Positions 36,001 through 50,270 of a DNA stretch of 64,000 nucleotides are shown here, in pieces. How positions within the stretch are numbered: position 1 is the stretch's first letter; each line of letters starts with the position of its first letter. The translations under genes were made by a program, and so were the position numbers. Below the pieces are notes generated by a model, which was not told the origin of the DNA, made no database searches, and saw only the letters and a program-made list of their open reading frames with translations. This DNA is from Podarcis vaucheri (Eukaryota), in NCBI GenBank assembly GCA_965113315.1, contig OZ220382.1; one strand, written 5' to 3'.

Positions 36001-39000
36001 TTGGGATACCCCGCTGCGAGTAACACAGGTGGATCCTCCGCAAATTTGGAGTGTGTGCAGTAACTGAAAAGTTCATTAAGCGCAGGGTGTGAACTGTCTG
36101 GCTGTACCACCTGAAGGCATGTTTGGAAAGGAATACATATTGGTGTAGGAAAGGCTGAAGCATACATATTGCTGAAGTATGTACAGAAACTGTGGAGAAA
36201 CCTGCAATTTTTTATTTCAAAAGGAAAGATAGTACTTGAGCAGCAGCTATGAAGAGGAAAGCAGAAACTGTGGGAAATCCTGTAATTCTATTTACATAGT
36301 ATAGAGGAGGGGGGTGGGATGGTGGGGGGCTGCGGAAATCACCCTTCTGCAAATGGCACCGATGATGAAGCCAGGAACTCGGCCTGCTTTGCTCCAGGTC
36401 TCATTAGCAGCAGAAGAAGAAGAAGGAGGAGGAGGAAGAGGAGGAGGAGGAGGAGGAGGAGGACAGGACGGAGCAGCCAGCTCTTTGCTGCTTTCCAAGC
36501 AGAGCACCCTTTCTGGCTGTTAGGATCCCCTCTTCTTCTTTGTGAATTAATCCCTGAATGCACCTCCCTAATGACTGTGCCAGATGTAGCACTGCCTTTC
36601 ACTTCTCTCCTCTTGCAGAGAGAATGAAAAGGCCAGATAAATGTGCTTGGCATTCTTCAAGTCCAGAATCTGGCTCTTGTGGATCACTTGCTGGCTGATT
36701 CCAGAGGCTGCACAATGTGTTAGGTTTCTCTGTCCCTATGTGTTCAGAGGTGTTCATCCTCAGAGAAGGTTGAGCGTTTTAAGTGAGACAAAAGTTCTAT
36801 AATGGCAGGGTGTGAATTGTGGAGGAGATTATACATTTTAGATAGATATTTTCCTTTAGGCTGGATTAGAGTTCCCTTTAGTTTTGATATTTCTCCAGCA
36901 AACCCTATTTTCCTTGTCTTTCATTCAGTTGGAAGTATTGGAGCCAGCCTGACAAATACATATGGATGTCAAAGTCCTTTCCTCTTAATTTATTAATTTC
37001 CCCCTCTAATAACATTTTATATGTTGCCCGATTTCCCTTCATGTTTTTCTTCCTCAAGCCAAAGGCTTCAATGTGTGAAATGCACCAAGGGCTTGTAGGT
37101 TCCAGGAGATATTTATATTTCATCCATGGATTATATAAGGTCTGAGTTGTGTGGCTGCATCTTCTGGTAAGGTGTCGGCAAGGGATTGAATCTTGGTGCA
37201 GAAAATGAGAAAGGACACTATTTTGAGGGGTTTGGGAATACCTGGCTGCGAGTAACACAGGTGCATCCTCCGCAAATTTGGAGTATGTGCAGTAACTGAA
37301 AGGTTCATTAAGGGCAGGGTGTGAACTGTGTGGCTGTACCACCAGAAGGCATGTTTGGAACGGAATCCATTTTGGTGTAGGAAAGGCTGAAGTATACATA
37401 TTGCTGATGTATGTACAGAAATTGTGGAGAAACCTGCATGTTTTTATTTTAAAAGGAAAGATAGTATTCTGGCTCTTGTGGATCACTTGCTGGCTGATTC
37501 CAGTGGCTGCAAATGGTGTCATTGTACCTCCTGAAGGAGGCATTCCTGCCTGAGAGGAAGGGTGTGAACTGTGTGGCTATACCACCTGATTGCATGTTTG
37601 CAAGGGAATCAATTTTTGTGCAGAAAAGTGCTGAAAAGGACATTTGCCAATGCCCTTTTTGAGATGCAGTTTCACTAGAATGGTCACTTCTAACCTGGTG
37701 CTTTTCATAAATAAGGGGAATACTGAAGAGGTGAAATCAGAGTCTTTGAATAAGACAGAAACGCAGGTGAACAGCCACATCCACACCAGAAACTTTAGTG
37801 AGTCCACAAAGTCATCCATTGGGAAGAGGCAGTTGAACTCCTAAACTGTTCTGTTGAAGGGGCCAAGCAGCATAAGGGTGTATCTTTGGACAAGCAACAT
37901 CTTAATCTAAGTAAGCCCTTAATGGGCAGCCAATCTAAGGGCTTTTCAAAAAGGGGTTTGATCTTGGTGCAGAAAAGGAGTGATGAGTACATATAGCTTT
38001 GCTCCTTTCCAAGCAGTGCGCCCTCTCTGGCTGCTAGGAGCCCCTCCTCTTTTTTGTTAATTAGTCCCTAAATGAACCTTCCTAATGACTGTGCCTGATN
38101 NNNNNNNNNNNNNNNNNNNNNNNNNNNNNNNNNNNNNNNNNNNNNNNNNNNNNNNNNNNNNNNNNNNNNNNNNNNNNNNNNNNNNNNNNNNNNNNNNNNN
38201 NNNNNNNNNNNNNNNNNNNNNNNNNNNNNNNNNNNNNNNNNNNNNNNNNNNNNTTAAGATTTATTATGCAAAAAGCTTTTATGAAAAGTTTTTTTAAAAA
38301 AACCACACACCAAAGGAAGTACAATTCATGGATGAAGAAATCAACCTTCCTGCCAAATAAGATGCATGTGTTCTCTCTATTAGGGTTCAGCAACAAAAAC
38401 CATGAGGCAAAACAGCCCTCAGTTTTCATGTTCTTGAAAGTCCCCTTCACCCCCCAAAAAAAGATGTTAAAAAACTATAATCCAAAATATACATACAAGC
38501 TGCATATATGTAAATTGGGGTTTTTTGTTATTGCTGCCCTTTTTTCTGAGCAAATGACAGATCAGTCCACATTTGTCACAAGTTGCTGCATTGTTGAAAG
38601 TGTGTGATTTCAGTAAGAAATCTCCTGACCAGTAAACTAGCATGAAGAATCTGAGTGTTCAGAGCTTTAATAATAATAATCCGCCCAGTCTGACACACAA
38701 ACGCCACAAAATTTCTTCCTCTGCAAAGTTTCTTCTTGTTTAATACAGCCATACGATAGTTATTGAAAAGTGGGCTTACTTTCAATGCCCCCCTCCCCGG
38801 CCTGCAAATTTTGTTTTCAGGCCATTGGAAGAGAATAACAGATTGAGGGCAGAAAGTTGTTTCTGGAAGACCAGTCAAGGCATCAGCAACTGGCTGGCCA
38901 GACCCATGTTCTACAGTTTATCTGGAAGAGAAAGATGGTGGTCTCTTCATTACTGGGTGCACGGGGTTAAAACATGTAATCCTTTCCCCTGTTCAGGTCT

Positions 39001-39085
39001 TTATTTTTTCTCTCTTCTTCTATCTCCTGTCTCACTGGAGAGAACCAAGCGCCAGGATCCCACACTTGCAGTCTGTTTTAAGAGG

Positions 39086-39556
39086 TTAGTGGCAGAGATT
39101 CCTCTCCTCTTTTGAGCAAAGTTTGGATGCCCGCTCTGCAGCTTTTAAAGAGAGTAGGGAAGTTTCGGCTGTGGGCGGATCTTGCCCCTTCTTCGCCTGT
39201 TCCTCTAGCATGATCTGCAGGTCAAAGATATAGTTGATAAGGTGCTGCAAGATTTCCACTTGGCTGACTTTGGTGCCTTGCGGGATCCTCTGCACCAGCT
39301 CGCGCAGCTTGGAGTAGCAGTCATTCATGTTGGGTTCTTGGGCCCCTCCTGAGCCGGGCTCTGGTTTTTTGTCTTTTTTTTGTTTTGGCAAGACTTGTTG
39401 CCTTTTTCTGAAGGCCTGTGAAGCAGGAGTCACGGGCTGAGGGGCTTCATTCTGTTGTTCGTTCCATGGGTGATGGTGAGGCTCTGATCAGAGAGGCAGC
39501 ACAAAGCTTGCTTCCTAGCAGATCCTGACTGATCTGACTGGGCTGATTCCTTTCAT
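39086..39556 (-). pseudogene. ID3: ID3 processed pseudogene, copy 3 (private 7-nt deletion near 39332)
   Basis: Same HLH translation. The deletion joins it in frame to the inserted sequence. Confidence 0.92.
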
Positions 39557-41157
39557 GGCCATGAAGGAGGAGAAACCAGCAGGGATTTTCAGAAGGGCAA
39601 GATTTCCTTCCTTAAGGCGGGAGAAGCAAGCAAGCAACCTCAAGAGAGAGAGAGATTGATACTGCCCCTTGCTTGGCAGCCTGGTTGATTCTCTATTGTG
39701 TGCACACAGAAAATGCTTCTCTTTGCAAAAAAAGCCCCATGTATATATTTTAAAAACAGAAATGCTACCTTTGCAGCAGCAAATATTTTCTGATCCTTTC
39801 CCCAGTCAAGGTCTTTTCTCTCTCTCTCCTTCTATCTTCTGTACAACTGGAGAGGACCTATGGAATCTATGACATGTTGCAAGATTTCCACGGCTGACTT
39901 TGGTGCTTTGTGTGTTAAGACCCACAAGACCTCCCCAAATAAAGACACAATTGATGCCAAATTTAGTTTAAGGTTATTGGCATAATTTTGGCCAGAATGA
40001 AAAATGAAGATAAATGTGCTTGGAATTCTTCAAGTCCAGAATCTGGCTCTTGTGGATCACTTGCTGGCTGATTATAGTGGATTCAAATTGTTTCTTTTTC
40101 TTTTCTTTTTCTTTTTATTTCAAAACCAAAAAAAATTTACAAACATCAAATTCAAAATCCATATTCATTTTATAATTTAAGCCTATTATATAGATTACCT
40201 AAATTAAAATATATCTAAATACTCTAGGCTTCCAATTGTTGTATGTAAATACAACACAATTAACAAATTATATTATAAATGATATTATTAGTTCCCAAAT
40301 ACCCCCACTCCCCTTCACCCATGTGTGATCTCAGTATTTTACTTCTTCCATCTTGTTGTGTTGTTAATAATTTAATAATTATTCAATTGATTTTATTATT
40401 ATTTTCTTGCTTACCCCTGCATGTTTTACACATTCTCTATTAATATTTCAATTCCGGAACCGGGGGGCCGAAAGCTTTCATTAGGTGATATACAGCATTG
40501 TTGGGCAGGATAGTAGCCCAAACATACCTAGAAACATAATGAATTATAACAGAAACATATTGCTTCCCAGTACTGGTTTTCTGCAAGGGACCCACCAAAT
40601 CCATCCCTTTTCTTTTTTTATACTAAGCTTTTCAGAGTGGGACAGGTGCACAAAAGGGTTGCAAAACATGAGTCAAACAGTAGTATGATGCAGCCTTTTT
40701 TGCTGTTAGGATCCCCTCTTTTTTTTGTTAATTAATCCCTGAATGAACCTCTCTAATGATTGTTGTGCCTGATAAAGCACTGCATCTTCACTTCTTTTGC
40801 AGACAGAATGAAAAAACAAATGTTTTTCTTTTTCTTTGTGTTTTTGGGTGTGAAAAATAACTTTATTTTCAAGCCCCACTGAGTGAAGAAATAAGAAGAA
40901 CTATCAATAGGGATCATACAGACCAGCATTCATATTTGATAAAGCTCTGTTTCAACATTGTCCATTCAAAAGATGACTAGAGGTCTCAGGAGCCTTCCCG
41001 TCAATTGGTCCTTTAGTCATCTGCAATCCCCCCCCCACAGCAGTATCAATTTTGATATACAAAAGTGCCAAACAGAATATGTTAAGTTTGCAAATTCATA
41101 TAAAAAGCCTGGAATACAGAAGATCCATTCATATGCAGCTTGTACAGCCATACAGCT

Positions 41158-41876
41158 TCCAAAACAAGGCATTTATACCGTTCATAGTCTAGCGCGTGGG
41201 ACAAAGGAAGATGCCCCACGAGATCCGCCAACTCCCCACTAATCAACATCTTCAGAATAGACATATACAGTCTTGAAGGGAGCTCCAGTTCCCGGCAGGT
41301 TAGTTCGAATAAAGTCAGATAGCTCAGGACATGCATGGGGGGTTTATACGCAGGGAAAAGACGTAAGTCAAAATCCCTCAGGGTAAACTCACGAGTAATG
41401 CGCCTTGGAACCACATCTCGTGGCTCTTGGTCATAGCTGTACCTTGGGGCAGAGCGATAACTCAGGCTCGTCCATCCGGACGCTGAGGTTCCTGCCCTTC
41501 ATACCTGTAAGAGGGTCTGGGATGCAGCCCGTACCCCTCCTCTTCTTCGTACCACCGAACCGGCCCGTGGGGCTCCCAAGACCTTTCTGGCGAATATATC
41601 TGGGCTGCGCTAGGCGGTCGATACTTCATTGGTCAGCGACTTTCCTGGGGTGGGCGCTCCGGCTCTCAATAGTCGTCCTCTGCCCGAATCTCCCTTGGTC
41701 ATTGCGGTGGTCCCTTGTAGTCATACTCCTGCCGTCTAGTCTGTGGGGCTGCAACAATGGAGTGACCCACTCGGGGATACTTTTCCCGACATAGGAATCC
41801 TCCCCGGGTACGACCCTGCACCCACTTGACTGCTTGGCCAGGCAAAAGCTCCATTCCCCTCGGCTGGGCCAACGGC
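41158..41876 (-). mobile_element. Gypsy gag fragment, copy 3
   Basis: ORF 41082-41414. Confidence 0.75.
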
Positions 41877-41898
41877 TTTGAACTTGACTCGAGGAGTT

Positions 41899-42096
41899 GA
41901 GGTTTGCGCTTCATTCCTGGGTTTAACTTGGGACTTTTGCCAGTGTATTTCTGAGATTCTGGTTCACAAGAATGGTCAATTTCAACCTGGTGCTTTTCAT
42001 TAAGAAGGGGAATAGTGAAGAGCGAAATCAGAGCCAGTTGCAGCAGTGTCAGACCATTGAACAAGGCAACAACATAGGTGAACACCCACACTATAA
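41899..42096 (-). pseudogene. RTN4: RTN4-like piece c, copy 3
   Basis: Lies within ORF 41699-42277. Confidence 0.85.
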
Positions 42097-42801
42097 ACTT
42101 TTTGTTTGTACTAAACTTTTCAATTTTTTGTACTAAGCTTTTCAGAGAGGGAAAGGCACGTGAAAGGGTTGTGAAACACGAATATGATGCAGCCTTTTTG
42201 GCTGTTAGGATCCCCTCTTCTTTTTTGTTAATTAATCCCTGAATGAACCTCTCTAATGATTGTGCCTGATGAAACACTGCGTCTTTCTTCTCTTCTTTTG
42301 CAGACCGAATGAAAATCCAAATAAATGTTTTTCTTTTTCTTGGTTTTTTTGGATGTGAAAAATGACTTTTCTTTCAATCCCCACTGAATGAAGAAATAAT
42401 AAGAACTATCGATAGGGATCATACAGACCAGAATTCATATTTGATAAAGCTCTGTTTCAACGTTGTCCATTCGAAAGATGACTAGAGGTCTCAGGAGCCC
42501 CTGCCACTCACGCGCACCCGGATCCACTACTCTCCCCTACTGGAAGAGCACTGGTGGTGGGGTGACTCCTCCTGGATCCTGGCTGAGGTCCAAGGAATGG
42601 CTTGTCCCACCCCCTACTGGATGGTCCCTGAGAGGCGGACCAAGGCAATGCAAGCCACCACACTCACAACACTCAACACGGTGAATGAGAGCGGCAGGAA
42701 AAAGCTGTTTAAATTCTTTCTTGTTCTTTTTTGGGAGAGTGCATGAGGTTGTTGTCTTAATTACAAAAAAAATCAAATTACAATATCATACAGAGACTTT
42801 T

Positions 42802-44529
42802 TACACACAGAATATTAGAATGGTTTCTTACCAGAAGGTAAAGAAAAGATATTCTTTTTTCCTTTCTTAATTGATAAGCCACTTACAAGTTTTTAAGCTA
42901 TTGTTATACAAAGTTGCAGGGCATGCACAATTTTCGGTCGATAGGGTTTGCTCTTTTCACCGCCCCCCATTTCTTATCTTTTCATTTTTTGCTAAGTGCA
43001 AATACTAGATTTCTTTCTCCACCTTTTAAGGCAAGTTAAATGCGACACTGCAAATTGAAAGTCCTTCTTTATATCTCCAGCACAGTACAATCTCAGTCCA
43101 GTACTTCACAATCCTGACCAGCAAAACTCACAGTATCAGCAGCACACATTGTCTTACTTCCAACCTTGTTGTCAGCGTGTGTGCTGAGAGTTTGTGTTTT
43201 TGTGTGTGTGTGTTTGGAGTGAGTGTGCTTTCCTTGTATGGACATTGCAGCCTGCAACTTCCTCTCTTTATTTGCACCTCCAGGGGACACCAATCAATCC
43301 TAGAGTGCCACTCCTAGGCACTAAAGAGAATTCTGGAACACTTTTTAAAGCTTCCAGGAACTTTTATCTTTTTCTTAAAGAACCTTTTCCAAACACCCCC
43401 TCTCATTTGAACAGAACCAATACAGTATTGTAAACATATACAAAAGTATTCACACATCATACAACACAATTCCCAACTTTATAACCAGTTGTGCATGTTG
43501 TTGCTTTCAATTATTGTCTTTCTTTCACTTAACAAAAATCTTCCATCACTGGATCTCTTGACCAAGATAGTTCTTTGCTGGTCCTAAATATTTTACTTTG
43601 AACCATTTCCTTAATTGTGTTGCAAACTCCTTTCCCCCAAGAATTCTTGTAGCTGCCCCATCGCTATCGCCTCCACCAGTTTGTCCCAAATTGCGGGGGG
43701 GGGGGGGTTAATTAACATTCCAATTTCTCCTCCATTTTGCCTTGCTAGCCAGTCCCATTTCCTTGGCTCTTTGTGGTGAAATTCCTCAATGTGACCTAGA
43801 TGTGTTCATCCACATCTGTCATACGTTCCACTCGGCTGTCTGTGCTCTACACTAAATTTATTGTTTTGTCCCATAGGCTGGCTTAAGATGTGATGATAAA
43901 ACTAAAGATTTTGCTTTAGTTGCCAATTATTCTGGTTCCGTCTTCTTCGTTAAAAATTGTTTATTTGTTTGGAAGCCTGTTATGATGCCCTGCAGTATGC
44001 AAATAGATAAAATCAAATGTTTCCCCTCCCGTCTCCTCCATCTTTGCCTCTCCAGCCTGGCGTGGCCATTCATATTTGTCGCATGTCCCTTGCTGCTAAC
44101 AGGGCCCTGGGCTTCCCGCGGCTGATGGTGACAGTCATTTGCAAACAAACATCAAATTCAAAATCCATACTCATTTTCTAACACAAGCCTATTACATAGA
44201 TTACCTAAATTAAAATATATCTAATTGCACTAGGCTTCCCTTTGCTGTATGTAAATACAATGCAATCAACAGATTATATTATAAATGATATTATAGGTTC
44301 CCATATACCCCCCACTTCACCCCCCAAAAATGTTGTTAAAAAACTATATTCCAAAATATACATACAAGCTGCATATATGCAAAGTTGTTTTTTTTGTTGC
44401 CCTTATTTCTGAGTAAACGACAGATCAGTCCACATTTGTCACAAGCTGTTGCAATGTTGGAAGTGTGCGATTTGAGTAAGAAATCTCTTGACCAGTAAAT
44501 TAGCATGAAGAATCTGAGTGTTCAGAGCT

Positions 44530-44564
<35 letters not shown>

Positions 44565-47500
44565 TGCAAGGGATTCAGTCTGCTTGGAGAAAAGGAATGA
44601 GAAAGTACATGAAGATTGTGGAAAAACTTGGAATGTGTCATTCTGCAAAGTACTAATATTGCCGTAGTAAAACAAGCCAAGCTAAGAAGAGTCACTCAGG
44701 ATATTCAGGATTGAAACACACACCATTGGAGGGACATCTTTTCAGCATAGAATCCTACCATGACCAACATTTTAAATTTGGCTAGGCACCCTGTGATTAT
44801 ACTGGATTTTGGTGTTTTGATGTTGCTTATATTAGTGTGTATTTTCTATGTTAAAGTTAAACATTTGTATGGGGAAAAGGTATAGGTTTTTTTCCTCAGA
44901 GAGGGAAGGAGGAACAGATTAGCTAAGCATGGAAGAGGTAACCGTGTTGGACCAAGGGGTGGAGTTTATGGGCAATCTATCCGGAAGACATTTGTATTTC
45001 GAGGAGTTAGTGGTCTGACATGGTTACCCTTCCTGCCTTCTCTTTCTTCTCCCTCTCTAGCTCCTGAGCCATGTATCAGAAGATTTTTAATGCTGGATGT
45101 TTTTAGATATGCTGTAAGCCCTCCAGAGTCCCTTGGGAAAGCCAGCCAAATGGGTGGGGTATAAAGATGATGATGATGGTGGTGATGATAATTTATACAT
45201 ATAGCTGATGCACAGAAACTGTGCAAAATCTTGCAATGTTTATATTTTGAAAGGTGAATTCTACAATCACGGTTGCAAACCCTTTCTTTTTGCATGGTGC
45301 CTAGTCACTGATCTAAGTGACAGCGGACTTCTGTATAAGAGCTACTGCTGGATCACACTAGGTTGATGGCATTCACTGTACCATCAACCCAATATTTTTT
45401 TAAAAAAATCCCCCCCTATGTTGGGTGGAATTTAGTTCACAAGAATGGTCAATTTCAATCCAATGGTTTTCATAAGGGGAATAGTGAAGAGAGAAATGAG
45501 AGCCGGTTTCAGCCTTGTCAGCCCATTGAACAAGGCACCTACATAGGTGAACAGCCACATTCACACCACTAACGTCAGTGATTTCACTAAAAACAATTTT
45601 AAAAGGAGCCCTAAGATATGGCCATGGCTGTTGGAAAAGTTACGAGTCACTGCACATTGTTTTTGTCATTGTCTTTTGTTAGCCATCTGTTATCAGGCCA
45701 TCAGCTACAGGGTCATACAATGAAAATATTTTTCTATGCTCCTATTTTGGGACAAAAAAAGAGAGGCCCTAGCGGTTTTTTAAACAAACTAAACAGCTAA
45801 TATTATCGTCCCTTGGTAAAACCAAGTCACCCCATGATTTCTTAGACTAAAAAAGCACTAGAAATCAACATTTGTAAGGGCAGTACAGAATTGACCAAGT
45901 GTGAAGCCTGGAGCACTTACAAGTGGCACACACAAAATGTAAGCCACAAAGAGCAACGTGAAGGTGTTTCCATGCGATGGCTACCTTTGTGCCGCAAGGT
46001 ATAATGTGCATATTGGTTGGCATTCCAAACCATTCTTCTCCATGGCACGGCAAAGCCTGAGAAAGGCTTGCAGTATCACAACAAGGCTGGGTAGCCAAGT
46101 TAAAAAAACAACCACCACCAAGCCTGCCGCACCCCTTGTGTGGCAGTAATGTGTGCCAGCTCTCACAATTCCATTTCTCAGAAGCAGTCATTTGATGAAT
46201 ACAGTGCAAAGTCTCTGAGGTTTATGAGGCTCTTGCTAATCCGCAGCCTAGGCTTTAAGTTGCACCTCACTGGGTGGCAGCCTATGTAGTTTTCAGCCGC
46301 ATTGCCCCTCCTAGGCAGCCTGGAAACCATGTGATTCAGCTTGGACTGGATGACAGAGTAGTGGAATTCCCTCTCCTTGTTCAGCTTGCGGAAATAGTCT
46401 GTCCTGTGGTTGGCAGCATAGTCTATGGACCTCAGGGATGTCAGCGAGCCCGTAGAGCTTGCCCAGGAGCAGTGGGAAGACAGTGAAGAAAGCCACCGAG
46501 CGCTAGATGAAGTTGAAGTGGCCTTCCGAGAAATGGGAGATACTTCTTTAGATAGCATCCTCTGAGTGTAAAACTTTGTTATGGACACATGACTTGTGGG
46601 GTTTAGTTCACCCTGGGGTTTTAGCTTGGACATTTGCTGAGGGGTCAAGAGGTGTGGAATTTGAGTCTGGTCCTTCCACAGGTTGGGAAGAAGGAGGTGG
46701 GAGGCTGTCCCCAATCTGAGAACAGGACAGCGCTTCCTTCTCTTCCCTCTTTCTTCACTGCCCCCTTATAACATGCATTTCCCTCCACAGCCTTTCCCAG
46801 TCATTTTGATATTTCTCCAGGAAACCCCATTTTTCTTGTCTTTCATTCAGTTGGAAGTATTGGAGCTAGTCTGCCAAATATATATGGATTTCAAAGTTCT
46901 TAATTTATTAATTTTCATTAGATTCTGCAAATCATTAGATTCTGCAAATAGCAGGAGCATGAAGAATTTATTTTCTCTGTTTCCGTTTCCAGCAATCTAT
47001 AAATAAGGACATTCAATGAACCACGTCAAGAAGTCATTCAAATAAGTTTGCAGGCTGCATGCAGTTCCAGGCTTTCTCTTGCTAATGTTTTTCTTTATTA
47101 AAAAAATAATAATATCACAGAGCCCAAGACAGAATCTCAAGGAGGAAGTATCTCTTTGTTTCAGTTTCACGTTGACTCCTGAGTTGTTTGGTTCACACAA
47201 GTGCTTGTTCCAATGGCGGCTGCTTCGCACTGCAGATCTGGAAGACGGGATTTTGCTGTGTAACGCTTTTGTGGAAATGTCACTTACTGGCAACATTCAC
47301 TGGGCACTGAGAGAGATAAAAAGCTGCAATCCAGTGACCACCTGGATGGTACACGGGGGGGGACGGACCCTGCTCACGGACCTGCACTGGATCCCACCAT
47401 GCAGGGGAGAGGGAGAAAAAGGAGAGAGCCATAGCACTCTGACTGGGGATCCTTGCCCAGGGAAAACGAGATGCCAAACTGCACCCACATCCAACGTCTG

Positions 47501-49490
47501 GGTTGACATTCACCAAGTACATCTGTCTGCATGCAGGCATCCTTGGATCCTGGCCTGTAGCTTTTCCGGCTAGTCCTTTATTTAGATATGGTGTGTGACT
47601 ATGGGTTTTTTGGGGGGGTGGGTGGGGGCGAGGGTGTTCCTCTTTTCTTTTCCATTGTGAAGTACAAAAAAACAACAAAAAACATTTAACCATTTCTCCC
47701 TTACGTACATGTTGAAGTAGAATCGATAACTGGTTAGCATATGTACAAAATCTATACAGAATTCTATCTTGTAGCTTTAAAAAAATATAAATATGGATAT
47801 TGTTCAAGACAGCAGGTCTCTCATTAATATTTCAGTTAAGGCTTCATTATTGTATATCCGCCATTATTTTAATGACTATCAGGGGCTCAGAGGGGGGAGG
47901 GGGGCAAGACTCCTTCATCAGGGACAGCTTGAGTTTGTTTATAATTAGCTACTGACCTCCCCCGTAGAACCTGCAGCCAGTCTCTTCTGCATCTTGCTTG
48001 GCCACAAGAATCCAATGTATTCCAAACAGATTTAAATCGTGATCTCTGGGAGACGATGAAGAAGAAAAAGAAATCTTACTGTGCTGTTTATTTCCCCCGC
48101 ACCCCAACATTAATTAAATAATAATAATTTAATCCTCCCTCTATTCTTTTTTTAATAAAAAAGTTAAAAGAGGTTTCTGATTAAATAATTCTGAGAAGAA
48201 AAGGTTTGATGCAGCCGCGTCTGGAAGGGTCAGAGCGAAGATGCTGGTGCGGGAGGTCGGCTGGTCCCGGTGGCTGATGGAGGTTCTGCTCCCCTTCTGC
48301 TGCTAAGCACGAAGTCCGTGGGGAGGCTCTCCAGAAGGCACTTGAGCTGTTCCTGCCCTAGCTTGATCTTGCTGGCCAACTCGCGCTGTTCCAGATTTCA
48401 TCTTCACGAAATGCTGGTAGTCTCGGAGCTGCTCCCCCGAGAGGTAATTGCATAGGATGTCCAAGACCACGTGCTTTCGCCGGTCCAGGTTCTCCTTCAG
48501 CTCGCGGGCGTCTTCGTGCTGGCCAGCCAGCATCTTCCGCTTCTTGTTCAGAGAGCTCCATTCTTGGTTATCCACATCCTCACTGTCGCATGTCCCGCTC
48601 CGCTACCTATGGCGTGTGTCTCTTGCAGCTGATGGTGGTTGTAATTTGCTTCCCCATAACAACAACCCAACGGGGGATGTTGGCCCCCTCAATATTGGGG
48701 GGATTCAGCCCCCATGGCAAGGATTCAACCCAGAGGGGGATGCATTTTATTATCTGTGTTTTCCAATAATTCTTGTAGCTTCCCCACCGCTATCGTCTCC
48801 ACCAGTTTGCCCCAGATTTGGAAGGGGGAGGGTAATTTATTATATACATAATTTGCTTTCAGGCTGCACTTCAAATGTGCAAAAGCATACACTCTGACAG
48901 CACCAGAAAAAAAAGGTTAACAGTTCTTACCTGATTAGTCACATTGTGTTAAACACAATGAGCTTCACGAAAAACAGAACATGGAATCTAGAAGCATCCT
49001 AAGTTATATGCTAGCACTTGATTGTAGTACTCTGACTCAACAAAAGAAATAGAAATCCAACATAGTCATCACAATTAATTTACTAGTCTCTTCAAGACTG
49101 TATTTTCTTTCCAGTGTTTTGGTCTCCTGCTATACATGTAGAAATACACTTTGGGTAATTAAATTTACAGAAAGCCAAAGCCAAATAAAAATTAGTTATG
49201 CTGGGGAAAAATTGGGAGCTTATAAAAAACAAGATTTTCTACATAGCTTCCCCACTGCTATCGTCTCCACCAGTTTGCCCCAGATTTGGAGGGGGTATTA
49301 ACATTCCAATTTCTCCTCCATCTTTCTTCCTCTCCCCCCCCCCCTTTTGAGAAAAGGTCTGGGTTATCCAAAAAAATTACTTGCAAGACAGAAGTCACTG
49401 GCCTGTCCTTTTAGCTTCCTCTGTCCCTATGTGTTCTGAGGTGTGCATCCTCAGAAAAGGTTGAATGTTTTAAGTGAGACAAAAGTTCTG
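42802..49490. repeat. Array unit B2 (partial, grading into diverged flank)
   Basis: Matches B1, including the B-specific block. Substitutions increase after ~48.6 kb and the sequence jumps to another module at ~49489. Confidence 0.88.
48230..48585 (-). pseudogene. SHROOM3: SHROOM3-like ASD2 fragment, copy 4
   Basis: ORF 48303-48575 has the same translation. Confidence 0.88.
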
Positions 49491-49657
49491 GCTGTTAGGA
49501 TCCCTTCCCTAATGAGTGCGTCAGATGTAGCACTGCCTTTCACTTCTCTTCCCTTGCGGAGAGAATGAAAAATCCAGATAAATGTGCTTGGGATTCTTCA
49601 AGTCCAGAATCTGGCTCTTGTGGATCACTTGCTGGCAGATTCCAGTGGCTGCAAATG

Positions 49658-50270
49658 GTTTCTTTTTTTTCCTATCCTTTTTTCTTTCAAAACCATTTTT
49701 TTTTTACAAAGATCAAATTCAAAATCCATATTCATTTTCTAACATAAGCCTATTGCATCGATTACCTAAATTAAAATATATCTAAATACTCTAGGCTTCC
49801 ATTTGTTGTATGTAAATACAATACAATTAACAAATTATATTATAAATAATAGTATAGGTTCCAATATACCCCCACTCCCCGTCACCCATGTGTGATCTCA
49901 ATATTTTACTTCGATCTTTTTGTGTTGTTATGATTTAATACTTATTCAGTTGATTCTATTATTTTCTTGCTTACCCTTGCATGTTTTACACATTCTCTAT
50001 TAATATTTCAATTCCGGAACCATATTTTTTCATGTATTTCTTTACTCCATTCCACTCTCTAATTATTCTCTGATTTGGGTGGCCTCTAATAATTGCCGTC
50101 AATTTTGCCATTTCTGCAAACGCGCCGAGTTTGTTTTGCCATTTTGATAGTGATAGGATTTTCTCCCCCTTCCAGTATTTTTGCAGTCAATATTCTGGCA
50201 GCTGTTGCTGTGTAAAGGAGTAGATTTTTCTTGTCCTTGGGGATGTCATTAGATATTTGGCCGAAAGCTT
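49658..50270 (-). mobile_element. L1 ORF2 C-terminus, 3'UTR and A-rich tail
   Basis: Reads NDIPKDKKNLLLYTATAARILTAK/YWKG, the typical L1 ORF2 C-terminal AAR...AK.WK motif. Confidence 0.75.

Larger units (their letters stand above)
28955..42801. repeat. Array unit A2
   Basis: Same structure as A1 at an offset of ~28,950. Confidence 0.93.
1..49490. repeat. Higher-order tandem array of alternating units A (~13.85 kb) and B (~15.1 kb), period ~28.95 kb; probably extends left of the window
   Basis: The string tacacacagaatattagaatgg recurs at 1, 13855, 28955 and 42802. The ORF track repeats at matching offsets (19/13873/28973; 3775/19359/32735/48303). Colinearity is lost at ~49489. Confidence 0.97.
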
